A stretch of DNA of 64,000 nt from Hypomesus transpacificus (lineage: Eukaryota), in contig NC_061076.1 of the NCBI RefSeq assembly GCF_021917145.1, positions 13,032,768-13,096,767 on the forward strand, given 5' to 3'. Position 1 is the first letter of the stretch. Every line of letters begins with the position of its first letter. Under the pieces are notes generated by a model. It was not told the DNA's origin, made no database searches, and was given only the letters and a program-made list of their open reading frames with translations. A program made the position numbers and the translations under genes. Of the stretch, positions 39,346 to 52,419 are shown one piece after another.

Positions 39346-40329
39346 TTTAATTTTGACTAACTCAGCGTTCCATAATATCTCGATTTACTGACATTTCCGG
39401 TATATTAACACATAATATCAATTGGTTACTGGTGTGTTGTATTATGTATATGCCTGATAATCTATTAACATTTATGTGTTACATTAAAGGTCACACGACA
39501 TGCCGTTTTTGGATGCTTATATATAGGAATTAGTGGTCCCCTAATACTTTATCTGAAGTCTCTTTCCAGAAATTCAGCCTTGGTGCAGAATTATAGCCAC
39601 TATGAGTAGTCCCACAATGAGCTTTCCTCAGAACGCGCTGTTTCTGTGTCTGTAGCTTTAAATGCTAGATGAAGAAGAGAGGCGGCACCATAAGCTTATG
39701 TTTACAGTGGATGTATTGCAATGACTCGTAGACCCGTTGCTGTAAGATACCTCGAATTTGCCCATTCTCATCTGATAACCCTGGTTTGCAGAGCTGCACA
39801 CTCAAGTCATTTCAATGTGGGGAAAGACGGATATTGCATATATATATCGCTTATTCATATCCCTTCTCCCAAGTTTGTTGGATAAAAATCTTTTAGGAGC
39901 ACATGTACTCCTTGGTGAAAACATTAGCGTATAGCCCTGACTAGGCTACAGCTGCATCCCATGTAGCAAATTTAATAGCAAATGGATGTGAGATGATCGC
40001 ATCTGAAGACATATTAGATAATACCCAATTGCTCTGAAAGTGCCAAGTCAATGAAAGGAATAGTTAGGATGAGTTCAAGACAAATCAATGTATTTATTAC
40101 ACATATGTGACGTGTATGTTACACTCAAGGTGAGTATCACAGAAGACTGGACAATGAATGCAGGAAATCAAGAGAATATATGGTTTCTCAATATGGGAGG
40201 ATACAAAACGATTAACATAGCCTTTGGCAGGCACTGAAAAAGGACACTGTATGCTAGATAGATTTTGTTTAGGTCTTTCGATAGGGCTTCTAGAAATTAC
40301 TTTGTCGCTTTGTCAGAAATATAAATATC

Positions 40330-40572
40330 AAGCATTGCACAGCCAGTCGGTAAACAAGTTAAGAACGCTTTATTGCATGCGCCCGCAAGGAGACAAAACA
40401 ACACATGCCATTGTGCTTACAAAAGGATGTTGGAACCCGGCTCTCGAAGGACCATTGTGTCAGAAATATTAATCTATCAAGCATTGCCCAGCCAGTCGGT
40501 GAACAAGTTAAGAAAGCTTTATTGCTTGCGGCCGCAAGGAGACAAAACATTACACGCCATTGTGCTTACAAG
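40330..40572. repeat. Tandem duplication, about 148 bp unit x2
   Basis: The unit CAAGCATTGC(A/C)CAGCCAGTCGGT(A/G)AACAAGTTAAGAA.GCTTTATTGC.TGCG.CCGCAAGGAGACAAAACA..ACA.GCCATTGTGCTTACAA occurs at 40330-40425 and 40478-40572. Confidence 0.75.
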
Positions 40573-40870
40573 TTTGTCTGCTAGCATGTTGTGTTGCTAG
40601 CTATTTAAACAGCCCTGCTCTTTTCAGTCATTGGCTAAGACAAAGGCATGCAAATGAACCATGGCTCTTCTTCATTGGCTCCCTTGCATAGACCTGGTGC
40701 GCGTGTGTGCGTGCGTGTTTACAACATCAACCCTGATTGAAACACAACAACAGGATCTCCTTATATCGTTAAAGCTCCTTCACAAAGGTGTCAAGCAGAT
40801 GGTCTCCAGACCTTGCACCACATCTTAGTCCTTGTCACACAGTATCTCCTTAAAATAACCAAAACCCCCC

Positions 40871-41460
40871 TCTTCTTAAGGCCGATTTATACTTCTGCGT
40901 CTCCGTTAACGGACAGACGCACGCACGGAGTCGGACGGAGTCGGACGGACTGGTTGAATTTATACTACTCCGACGGCTCTGCGTGCTGAAAGGAATTCAC
41001 TGCCAGAACAGTAGATAGCGCTGCACTGCAATGCTAGCTAGGTTATCGAAAAGTCGGAGCAAATTTACAAATGAGCCGTTTCATCAATAAAACAAGCACA
41101 TTTTCAGCAACTACACTGCCCATTTCTCGTCACATTTTAATTCAGATGCTGATTTACATGTACTGTTTAGCTGAAATAAGAGTTGTAAAAACTTACAACA
41201 ATGGCGGTCAAAGGATTCTGTTTTCTTGTTGGTCACGGCAACCCCGCCCCCACCCCTGACGCAATCGGTTCTTAATACGGACCAATCACAGCCAAGGGGT
41301 ATCCGTAAAATGACGCACGGACAGATGGATAGTCAGGAAAATCAGGAGGTGCACGCAGAGCTCTGCGAAGGGCTCGGAGAGGACACGCAGAGGGCGTTTC
41401 TTGACGGAGAGGGCGGCCCCCGTGTGCGTGTGCATAAAAACGCAGAAGTATAAATCGGCC
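40871..41460. mobile_element. MITE with 21-bp TIRs (GGCCGATTTATACTTCTGCGT)
   Basis: The left TIR at 40871-40891 and the right TIR at 41440-41460 are perfect inverse complements. A second, partial copy lies at 38115-38400. Confidence 0.65.
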
Positions 41461-42639
41461 TTTAGTCCTCAGTCCCAAGATAAGGGTCTTGTATGTTTAC
41501 CGAGAATTCAGAGTTGGGGGTAGGCCTCTCTTTGCACCAGGGAATACTGAACACAGAATCATTCTTATACAGTATAACAGTTACATCTTCAATTTTTCCA
41601 ACAGCTTCTTCTATTTTGCTCATTCAAAGTTGCATGGCATTATTCACTTTGGCAAAATTGTGATTTCTGACGTACATCAGCGACACAGGCCTTTTTCTAG
41701 TCACACCTTAGAAAAACCCAATTTATGGCTATGGAGGCATATTAAAAGAATAATAACAGTTTATCAATGATACAAGAATCATAATAAATAGATAGGCATA
41801 TTTCTCTCCCGGACATAATCAAGGGTTATGTGCTCATGAGCTTAATATTGCAAGGTATGAATCAAACATTGTTTATTATATTCAGAACATTTCAAACAGT
41901 ATAGAAATAATTAAGTAATCGCTATCTTTAATTGTTGTTAACTGATCAATGGTTTAAGGACAGACCTCTTCACATCAAAGTTGAAATGCTCCAAACAGTA
42001 ATTATAATTTGACAGTATGTTTAACAACAAAACTATCCAGCTATGCTATAGCTATACGAATAAATTAATCGGCCATGTGTAGCCTACAGAGTACAGTAGC
42101 GGCTACTGTTCTGTTGGCCGCAGCCTGTCTAAAGATCTAGAAATTGCCTCTAGAGGTGAATAGCGAATGCGAAGTGAGATGAGCGGTTACATGAGTAAAT
42201 TCAGACAAGTAACATTTTTCAAATAGGTTAAAAGAAATATTAAAGTCATTCATTGTTGTAATTACATGTTAACGTGTTAAAGTATCTTAAAATTACAAAT
42301 GGAGGCTTTGACTGCATCCCTGTTGTTATGGTTACTTATTTCAGACACTTCATACAGGCTTCTACTATGTAGCCAGCACAATAATTTAGAACAATGAACA
42401 GACAGTTTTGCTGGAACTACTTAGTAGGTGTCCATTATCACCTGATAATGGACACCCCTGCTGCCAATCAGAATCGAGTATTCACCCAGACCATGGTATA
42501 CAAGGAGTTGTGAGGCAGAGTGCTGCATCGGTCAGTCAATAACTTGTTAATACAGTTAATTAAATAGTGAATGACATGGGCGAATGTCTCTTGACAATTA
42601 GTCGATTAATCGTTCTATTAATTGTGAGATTTATCAATT

Positions 42640-44402
42640 ATTTACATTTATTCATTTAGCAGAGGCTTTTTTTCCAAAGCGACTTCCAAGAGAGAGCTTT
42701 ACAAAGTGCATAGGTCACTGATAACAACAACAAGATAGCCCCAAAAACATTGCAGGTAGCCAAAACATGAAGCAAATATTGTGAACAACCAAAATAAGGG
42801 CAAATGGAAGAACCATAAGAGCACTCTGCAAGTGTACCTGTAGAAAAGCAAGCAACAGTAAAAATAAAAATAAAAATCACAGCAAGTACAACAATCAGTT
42901 ACCACTAACCAACAAGAGCAACACGTCTCTCAATAAGAGACATTGTGATCCTGGAGGAAACATCAGGTCCAGCCAATCATTCCTAAGTACCGTTGGACTC
43001 CCGGAACAAGTGTGTCTTGAGCCTTTTCTTGAAGGCGGGGAGACAGTCAGTGTCTCTGATGGAGGTGGGGAATTGATTCCACCGTTGGGGGGCCAGACAG
43101 GAGAAGAGCTTGTGTTGGGACCAGGCGGTCTTGAGCGGTGGGACCACTAGGTGGTTGTCTGAAGAAGACCGTACATTTACATTTAGTCATTTAGCAGACG
43201 CTCTTATCCAGAGCGACTTACAGTATGTACAGGGACATTCCCCCCGAGGCAAGGAGGGTGAAGTGCCTTGCCCAAGGACACAACGTCATTTGGCACGGTG
43301 GGAAATCGATCCGGCAACCTTCTGATTACTATCCCAACTCCCTCACCGCTCAGCCATCTGACTCCGATAGGTGTCGGTTGGTGGTGTAAGGCTGCAGGAG
43401 AGACTTGATGTAGTCGGGTGCAGTCCCATTCACTGCTCGGAAGGTCAGTACCAGGGTCTTGAATCTGATGCGAGCCCTGATGGGTAGCCAGTGGAGGGAG
43501 ATGGGTAGATTGTAGACCAGGCGGGCCGCTGCGTTCTGAATCCTCTGAAGAGGGCGGGTTGCGCATGCTGGGAGACCGGCAAGCAGCGAGTTGCAGTAAT
43601 CCAACTCGGAGAGGACGAGTGCTTGGACTAGCAGCTGGGTGGAATGCTCAGACAGGTATCTCCTGATCTTCCGGATGTTGTAGAGGGTGAATCTACACGA
43701 CCGGGAGACTGCAGCAATATGGGCAGTGAGGGATAGCTCGTCATCCATGGTAACCCCAAAGTTCCTGGCAGAGGATGAAAGGGTCACCGTCGCAGATCCC
43801 ATGGTGATTGAGAGATCGTGGGAGATGGAGGGTTTGGCCGGTATGATGAGAAGTTCTGTTTTGGCGAGGTTCAGCTGGAGGTGGTGCTTGGTCATCCAGG
43901 TGGAGATATCTGTGATGCAGGCCTCAATATTAGCTGAGATCCCCGGATCGGTCGGGGGGGAACGACAGGTACAGCTGCCTGTCATCAGCGTAGCAGTGGT
44001 AGGAGAAGCCATGGGAGGTAATGATTGGTCCAAGTGAGGTGGTGTACAGAGAGAAGAGGAGGGGTCCAAGGACGGAGCCCTGTGGGACACCAGTGGAGAG
44101 CTGGCGAGGGCCTGACACTTTGCCTCCCCAGAAGACCTGGTAGGATCTTCACGACAGGTAGGATGAGATCCACTGGAGTGCAGTGCCAGTGATTCCCATC
44201 TCAGAAAGTTTGGATAGCAGGATATGATGGATAACCGTATCAAACTCTGCAGAAAGGTCCAGCAGAATGATGACGGATGACCTTGAAGCCGCTCTGGCAG
44301 ACTGGAAGGCAGTGGTGACTGACAGGAGGGCAGTCTCTGTGAAGTGGCCAGTCTTGAAGCCCGATTGGTTGGGGTCAAGCAGGTTGTTCTGAGAGAGAAC
44401 AA
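42640..44402 (-). mobile_element. L2-like LINE copy (same family as 33630-36200), 5'-truncated, carrying a SINE insertion
   Basis: The minus-strand ORF at 43350-44402 reads ...[13 protein letters not shown]...LHWLPIRARIRFKTLVLTFRAVNGTAPDYIKSLL. The element is interrupted at 43176-43375 by a tRNA-derived SINE. Confidence 0.8.
43176..43375 (-). mobile_element. tRNA-derived SINE (full length), inserted into the LINE
   Basis: Its reverse complement reads GGAGTCAGATGGCTGAGCGGTGAGGGAGTTGGGATAGTAATCAGAAGGTTGCCGGATCGATTTCCCACCG...TTGGGCAAGGCACTTCACCC...GTCGCTCTGGATAAGAGCGTCTGCTAAATGACTAAATGTAAATG. A 5'-truncated copy lies at 37300-37420 (+). Confidence 0.8.
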
Positions 44403-44483
44403 ATAATCGTTTGTTGCAGCCCTACTGTATAATCATTATAAATTCACTGGTCATGGTTAATCCTCTCTTCTTCGGCCCCCCAG

Positions 44484-44650
44484 ATGGCATCCAAGACGTT
44501 TGGAAGCAGAGGGGTAGAAGTTCAGAGTTTGGTGGATGTGTCAATCATCCGTATCCCACCCCACCACTACATCCATGTGTTGGATCAGAACACAAATATT
44601 GCTCGAGTGGAGACTGGACCGCTCACCTACATCCGCCAGGACAATGAGAG
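44484..44650 (+). CDS. mvp: Major vault protein, first coding exon (ATG at 44484)
   Basis: The exon translates to [55 protein letters not shown](R), versus the human MVP N-terminus [42 protein letters not shown]. The donor is AG|GTTAGT at 44651. A polypyrimidine tract plus CAG sits immediately 5' of the ATG, so a 5' non-coding exon probably lies upstream. Confidence 0.9.
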
Positions 44651-44994
44651 GTTAGTGGTTGAAGGCATGGTAATATCTTGGTTACTTTCAACTTTATTAT
44701 GGTGTAGATACTTATCTTTTCAAAGTGATTATCGTAACATTCAATTAATAAAGAATTGTATCTGTGTGTAATTTATTAATGAGGTTTGTGCAAAACTATC
44801 ACTCAGTATAAGGTCCTGACATTTATTTTGGAATTGAATACATACAGTATATATCCACATTCCCTTCATGACAGGGTTACTGAACATACTCCTCTTTAAC
44901 CCTGTCTGAATGAAAAAAAGAAAGAAAAGAACACAAACACATTTCTGTTTATGTCGATGGCTCTGACTGCATCATGATCTACATGACTCTGCAG

Positions 44995-45190
44995 GGTACT
45001 GTTTTCTCCTGTGCGCATGACAATGGTCCCTCCACGGCACTACTGCGTGATCATCAACCCTGTTGCCCGCGACGACAATGGTCAGGTGCTCTTTGACCAA
45101 TCTGGACAGGCCAAACTTCGCCATGCCGATCTGGAGATCCGCCTTACCCAGGACCCTTTCCCTCTCTATCCAGGGGAAGAGATTCAACAG
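44995..45190 (+). CDS. mvp: Major vault protein exon
   Basis: The acceptor is ctctgcag, ending at 44994. The exon reads (R)[65 protein letters not shown], which matches human VLFAPMRMVTVPPRHYC...[22 protein letters not shown]. The donor is GTGCCA at 45191. Confidence 0.9.
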
Positions 45191-45880
45191 GTGCCACAGT
45201 ACACTCACAGTCAAGGGGTTTCCAGCCTATGGTGTTCAAGTATAAATGTTCAATACATCACTATGCAGTGGATAGGTGTTGTGGATAGGGTATGCTAGTT
45301 TCAATGAAGGAAATAAATAGATGAGGAATATTAAACATTTCACTGTTCAAATTTTTGAAGATTCAAATTTGAATTAAAATACACTAACAGCTGTTAACAT
45401 CTTGCTTATTGAGCTCAACAGTTTGCAATCTACTGAATTACATTTATGGCTTGTTGTGTTATTTGACTTAAACTAAGTTACCTTGAAACTCTTGGCACTC
45501 AGTTGGCCCTTTTTAGCTGTGGTAGCAAATAGGCTCATTTGGGCCAGTTATTCAATTTGAATGTTCCACTATAGTTTAGATTTGACAGTTTTCATTCAAA
45601 TTAGGCTAATCTAAAAGCATCTTTAAATGATAGTCCACATTTCCTCATACTGTATCTCATAGACAATGAAAATCCGGTTTGAATATTGAATTTTCCCTCC
45701 CTAATACATACAATACAGTACATACAGAACACTACATTGCTTTTTTCCTCTCGCTCTCGTTCACACTCCCTCTACCTACACCTCCTCTACCTCCCATCTC
45801 TCCTTTTACCTCCACCTCTACCACTGCCTCTACCTCAACCTCTCCTTCTTCCTTTCTATCTCTGCCTCTGTCTTTCATAG

Positions 45881-46004
45881 GACGTGACAGCACTGCAGAT
45901 TGTGTATCCAGACACCGCGCTGCGTCTACAGGCACTGCTGGACTTTGAGGAAGAAGAAGGAGAGAAGAGGGTAGCTGGAGATGAATGGCTTTTTGAAGGG
46001 CCTG
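45881..46004 (+). CDS. mvp: Major vault protein exon
   Basis: The acceptor is tctttcatag. The exon reads [41 protein letters not shown](G), which matches human [38 protein letters not shown]. The donor is GTAAGC at 46005. Confidence 0.9.
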
Positions 46005-46175
46005 GTAAGCCACCCCTTTTCACACTCTGTCAAAAGCTAACTTGATAAGGACATAAAACATCTTAATTATTACTCTTGTCACAGTTTATATTCTAAAAAA
46101 GGACAACATGTTAAATGTTCATTGGAAACATCTGCCAAATTGAAGCTTGTCTGAACCCCCCACCCCTTCTATCAG

Positions 46176-46307
46176 GGACCTACATTCCCAGGAAGGAGGT
46201 GGCAGTGTTAGAGACCATCAAGGCCACAGTCATTCGGGAGAACCAAGCCATCCGCCTGCGCGCCCGCAAGGAAGGCGTGGACAGAGGAGGAGTGCGCAGG
46301 GTTACTG
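46176..46307 (+). CDS. mvp: Major vault protein exon
   Basis: The acceptor is ttctatcag. The exon reads (G)[43 protein letters not shown](G), which matches human [32 protein letters not shown]. The donor is GTGAGA at 46308. Confidence 0.9.
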
Positions 46308-48899
46308 GTGAGAGACATTTACTGCAAACCAGGGGCATAAACTGTAAACCTTCCATGCACAAGCTGGCATTCGTGGAAACCAGATTTCGGCACGTGACCA
46401 GGCGGTATCCATCATCACCTATATATGTAATATAGGAAGTCTCTTTTGTACCCAATTGCTGTGAAAGTACCAAGTCAATGAAGTTAGTTGCCAAGTACAA
46501 GTTTAAGACAAAATCAAAGTATTTACAGGGTTCGTACAAGGTTTTTGAAGTGCTTGAAGTGCTTGAATTTTACTTGTTGACATTTCAGTCCTGGAAAACC
46601 CTTGGAAACAGTCATATTAATGACGAGGTACATGAAAAGTGCTTATTTAAAGACGATATATATGAATTTACGAAGTAATTTTTACGTGTAAATTTTTTTC
46701 TATAAAACATAAATACAGTCTTTTTGCTCAAAATTAATGCCTCAGCCTATCCCCCCTCCTGCTAATTTAATTAAAGCACCATCCATTTTTTTCTGGCATT
46801 CTTTGGTTTGCGTTATAGCATATGATCATACTCTCAATTCCTTTAAGTACTTTCCAAGCACGATAAAAGCCAAAGTAGAAATCAATTAGATTCTGAAGAA
46901 GCGCTCTCTGAAGCTGCATTCTTTACGCACACACCCGACTCACACACACATCGAGAGAATAGCCGCTTCTTCTCAGGCAGTGCGTGCTAGTACCATATTG
47001 ATTAGGCCTACTTGAGGACGAAACTGAACATTTTCTAAATGACAATTTTTGGCAAGTATCCTCGTAAACACAGTCTTAAATGAGTTTCAAAGTCTTAAAT
47101 GAAGGTGAAGCGTTGGAAGATAAACGGATTTGTGTCAGATCCACGACGTGCGTCAGGTCTTAAAGAGACAGCCGTCTAATAAACCCACTGCTGTCCGTCT
47201 CATTAATGTTAATCAAAGAACAAAAGAAAAGAAAATCTGTCGCTGCTTTTGATTGAATAACATTTGTAGCTTAAATAAGGATTAGTTTAAAGTAAATCAA
47301 GTATATGTTTGATAAATTACATCTCAGATTGTAGTCCTTGAAAACACCCAAAATAGTGCTTGAAAAGGCCTTGAAACTCTTTATTATACAGTATCTGTAC
47401 TAACCCTGTATTTATTACAGATCTGTAAGGTGAAGTTATCTGATACGTTCAAGTTGAGGATCTCAGAGGACTGGACAATGAATACAGGAATGAAGGGCAG
47501 TAATATAGTAATAGACCAATTATTTGTTTGTAAACAATCGGGATGCGCGCGCAATGTGGCTGCAGACAACCGGGAAAGGATGGCATTTTAAATGGCAAAA
47601 GGACCACACGGATAGTACAAATAGTTAGATTTAAAAAGACCAAAAGCGTTGAGGAGGACATACCTTTAGGAGAGAAAGCGATTACCCAATGATCTGTCGC
47701 ATCAGAATTTTGATTTGGGTCACGAAAGTCTTGAAATTTGAGTGAGAATGTCGCCCGGTACAGACCGCATAGTCGAGCGGCAACCATGTCTTCACGTCAT
47801 GTCACAAAGTTCATAATTTTACACTTTTACAGTAAATTCTACATTTAAAAAGTCGAGCAGGGCAGCTTTCAAGAGATATGGGAATTCTGCTTTTAGTCAG
47901 CTGGTCCGATTATTTTTCTGATTTGTTTAAACTGGCAATCTGAGTGAGACTACATCCCAGTTACACTGTTTTGACGTTAGCCTCAGTCAGACTCGCTCAC
48001 TGGCAGTGTGCACAATGTTGTATTTCACTCCATTCTACACCAGAAACGTCAGGGAGGACTGCCTAATGTAGATACGAGTCTGGTGAAGATAGCCAGAATC
48101 TCGGATTTCTTTAACCTGTCTGTTTCATTCGTCATTTGCCTGAGAAAGCGACCTCCGTTAGCCAGGCTAGTTTTGCCCGATCACTTGGACAGGCTATTTA
48201 AGGGTATCGGGGTCAAGTGACTTTTGTGCATAGACAAGTGAATGTAAATGTATTTGTCCAAAGGCCAAGAGCCTCAAAAAGTTAATATCAAGCCCTGCAA
48301 TCCAGTGGCCAGAGATATATGATGACCCACTCCAAGAGTAATAGAACGGGGAGAAGATCGTCTTTTGCAACCCACATGCGCAGTTGAGCCTGCTTGACAG
48401 TTGTGTGACGTAGGGTGATAATTGGTCTATAGTATCACAATGTGGGAGGTTTTACTCTCAAGAAACATTACGGGGTGACATCAACATAGCCTTTGCAAGC
48501 ACAGACAGAAGGCGCCGTATTCATGGTGCTAGATAGCGTTTATTTAGTCTTTAGATGGTTCATAGAAATGGTAACATTGTGACCTAGTGTCTCAGACATT
48601 CCCTAGTCGCATCTTACAAATAACTAACTTATGGCTATGCAGGCATTAGCAACCTTTAGCAAACAGCGTAATGACAGTTTATCAAGGATACTAGCAATCC
48701 GAATTCATAGATCCCACATTCTCTCCTGGAGATGACCAAAGGTCATGTTCTCATTAGCTAATATAGCAAGGTATAGATCAAACATTATTTCTCCTATACT
48801 GTTTTGAATATAATAAACAAAGTCTTCACTTCCTGGCGCTGTTTCAGTGGCTGCCTGTTGCAGCAGCTCAGTGTGCGTTTTAGTTTTTAAGATGTTATC

Positions 48900-51790
48900 A
48901 CTTTTCTTTCTTCTGAAGTTGTTTTTGTTTCGTTTGTTGTTGTTTTCTTTTATATTTTGTTAAGAGATGGCCAAGCAATGGACCGTTACCTTTTGTTTTT
49001 TTTTTTGGTGTCTTTTCTGTTGTCTTTTCTGTTACTTTTTTCCCCTTCTTGTAACGGAGAGCAAAGCACAGTGGATTGGTGCCTTTGTTATTTGCACGAT
49101 CAGCTGATTGCGCTGAGTAAACCTTTACTACTGCCCGGAGCAAAGCCTAAAATCCCCAAAGAACTTCAGAGAAGGTGTTGGGGTTGCAGAACTGGAGCTA
49201 AGCTGAAGGCGAAGAGGAGGAAACACAAGCCATCGGTACCGGCGATTTTAATGGGGAATGTGAGGTCTTTGGTTCGGTCGGACAGGGACGTCATACAGAG
49301 CGGTAAGAAGGAAGGTGGAGGGATTGCTGTCTATGTGAACGAGAGGTGGTGCAATTCCGACCATGTGTGTGTGAAGGAATGTTTCTGTTGCTCGGACTAC
49401 ATATTTTAGCTAATATAACTTATAATATAGAAGTTCAATACTTCTAGCCGTGGGGATGCATCCGTATTACTTGCCAAGGGAATTCTCATCCGCCATTGTC
49501 ATCGCTGTGTACGTTCCTCCATCAGCTGACGCTGAGGCAGCAGTGGACATCATCCACTCCACTGTGTCCAAACCGCAGACTCAGTATCCCGATGCATTTT
49601 TGGCAGTTACTGGAGACCTTAACCACACCACTCTGGATAAAGTACTGCCAACTCTACACCAGTATGTGAACTGCCCCACATGGAACAATAAAACCCTGGA
49701 TCTCCTGTATGCTAATGTCACAGATGCATACAGTGCTACTGCCTTTCCCCCCCTTGGTAGGTCGAATCACAACCTGGTCCTGCTGACTCCCAAGTATGTT
49801 CCTCTGGTGCAGAGGCAGCCTGTGACCACCAGGACGGTGAGGAGGTGGACACAGGAGGCTAATGATGCACTGCAGGACTGCTTTGAGTCCACAGTATGGT
49901 ATGCGCTGTGTGGACCACATGGGGAGGACAACAACAGCATGACGGACTGTATCACAGAATATATACGAAATTCTGTAAACACCACTGTACCATCCCGGAC
50001 TGTTCACTACTTCCCCAATAACAAGCCCCAGTAACAATCACCAGTGACCTGAAAGTGCTTCTTAATAAGACGAAAGCAGCTTTCAGGTCTAGGGACAGGG
50101 AGGAGCTAAGGAGAGTTCAGCGCAACCTGAAGGTGAAGCTCAGGGAGTGTAAAGACTCCTATAGGAGGAAGCTGGAGGCAAAACTCCAGAAGAACAATTT
50201 GAGGGAGGTGTGGGCCGGCATGAAGGAGATCACAGGCTTCAAGGGGAGAGCGAGACAACCAGGTGGCTCCCTGGATAGGGCCAATGAGCTGAACTGTTTC
50301 TCCAACAGGTTTAGCTCACAGCCCTCATCTGTTTCCTCCACACACCACACCTCCCAAACACCTCCGCTGCCTTCCCCCCTGGTGAGCTGCATGGACAGAG
50401 AGCCCTCTACATCAAAGGGCTCTTCCACCACTGACGCCATGACCCCCCTCCCCCCCACTCTGTGACGACTGGCCAGGTTCGGAGACAGCTGGAGAGACTC
50501 CACCAGCGCAAGGCTGCAGGATCTGACGGCACCAGCCCCAGGGTACTGAAGACCTGCGCCGCCCAGCTGGCTGAGGTCCTGCAACACCTCTTTAACCTGA
50601 CCCTGAAGCAGGAGGAGGTCCCAGTGCTGTGGAAGACGTTGTGCCTGGTACCAGTTCCTCCATCTGGCCTCAAGGACTACCGACTGGTTGCCCTTACGTC
50701 GCATGTGATGAAGGTGCTGGAGAGGCTGGTCTTGGCCCACCTCAGGCCGCTGGTGAGATCTTCCCTGGACCCGCTGCAATTTGTATACCAGCCTCATGTG
50801 GGAGTGGACAATGCCCTCATCTACCTGCTGCAACTAGCTCAGTTGCACCTTGATGGAACCAGTGGCTCTGTGAGAATCACTTTCTTTGATTTTTCGAGTC
50901 CATTTAATACCATCCAACAACTGCTGCTGAGTGAGAAGCTGCGGGTGGAGGGGGTGGATACGTCCACTCTCTCCTGGATCACTGACTACCTCACAGGCAG
51001 ACCACAGTTTGTCCGACTAGGCAGTGTGCTGTCTGATACGGTGGTCAGTGGTACTGGAGCTCCACAGGGAACTGTTCTGTCTCTCTTTCTGTTCACCTTA
51101 TACACCACTGACTTCCAGTATAACTCAAGAGTCCTGCCATCTGCAGAAGTTTTCGTATGACTGTGCAGTGGTTGGGTGTTTAAGGGATTGACGGGAGGAG
51201 GAGTACAGGAAAGTAGTGGAGGACCTTGTGGAGTGGGCGGGTAGAAACCACCTGCTCCTGAACGTGGTCAAGACCAGAGAGATGGTGGTTGACTTCAGGA
51301 GGAAGACGACGGCTCCACAACCATTGAGAGTTCTGGGAGAGGATGTGGAGTTGGTTAAGGAGTACAAGTACCTGGGTGTGTCCATCGACAACAGACTGAA
51401 CTGGAAAACCAACATCAATGCTGTCTACAAGAAGGGGATGAGTCGACTCTTTTTCTTGAGGAAACTTCGATCATTTAACGTGTGCAGCAAGATGTTGGAG
51501 ATGTTCTACCAGGCTGTTGTGGCCAGTGCACTGTACATCGCTGTGGTCTGCTGGGGGAGCAGTATTGGAGCTGGAGACACCAGCCGACTTAACAAACTTA
51601 TTAGGAAGGCTGGCTCCATCATTGGCTGCAAACTGGACAGTCTGGAAAAGGTGGTGGAGAGAAGGACACTGAAGAAACTATTATCCATTTTGGATAATCC
51701 AGACCACCCTCTCCACCACCTACTGCAGGGACAGCGGAGCACGTTCTCCAATAGACTCCTTCAGCTACGCTGTAGGCGTTACAACTAACC
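48900..51790 (+). mobile_element. Near-full-length teleost non-LTR retrotransposon (endonuclease plus RT), with a frameshifted ORF2, inside mvp intron 4
   Basis: Successive + ORFs read ...KHKPSVPAILMGNVRSLVRSDRDVIQSGKKEGGGIAVYVNERWC (endonuclease N-terminus), MGMHPYYLPREFSSAIVIAVYVPPSADAEAAV...AVTGDLNHTTL...GRSNHNLVLL (endonuclease), ...QRKAAGSDGTSPRVLKTCAAQLAEVLQHLFNLTL...DYRLVALTS...FFDFSSPFNTI...GAPQGTVLSLFLFTLYTTD (RT), and ...LLNVVKTREMVVDFRRK...RLFFLRKLRSFNV... (C-terminus). Confidence 0.88.
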
Positions 51791-52320
51791 AACAAGAGCA
51801 ACAAATCTCTCAATAAGAGTTGTTGTGATCCTGGAGGAAACATCAGGTCCAGCCAATCATTCCTAAGTACCGTTGGACTCCCGGAACATGTGTGTCTTGA
51901 GCCTTTACTTGAAGGTGGGGAGACAGTCAGTGTCTCTGATGGAGGTGGGGAATTGATTCCACCATTGGGGGGCCAGACAGGAGAAGAGCTTGTGTTGGGA
52001 CCGGGCACTCTTGAGCGGTGGGACCACCAAACGGTTGTCAGAAGAAGACCGTAGGTGGCGGGTGGGGGTGTAAGGCTGGAGCATGGACTTGATGTAGACG
52101 GGTGCAGTCCCGTTCACCGCTCGGAAGGTCAGTACCAGGGTCTTGAATCTGATACGGGCCGTGATGGGAAGCCAGTGGAGGGAGATGAGGATGAGGATGA
52201 GGGTTGATTGAAGACCAGGCGGGCTGCCGCGTTCTGAATCCTCTGGAGAAGGCTGCATGCTGGGAGACTGGAGAGCAGAAAGTTGCAGTAGTCCAACTTT
52301 GACTTTGAGGAGCTTACAAC
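51790..52320 (-). mobile_element. L2-like LINE 3' fragment (third copy of the 33630-36200 family)
   Basis: The fragment is 90% or more identical to 33965-34450 and 42905-43560. The minus-strand ORF reads LISLHWLPITARIRFKTLVLTFRAVNGTAPVYIKSMLQPYTPTRHLRSS... Confidence 0.8.
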
Positions 52321-52419
52321 ATTTTTGTTGTAATATCATATCAGACGTTAGCAAGGGCACATAAATACGATGTTATAGTAAGACAGACAATGATATCAGC
52401 GAGCCCTCAGCATTACTAC

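Noticed and set aside
50159-50833. 224-aa minus-strand ORF
   Set aside because: It lies antisense to the LINE reverse-transcriptase coding region (50462-51160 +). An open antisense frame over a transposable-element ORF is coincidental.
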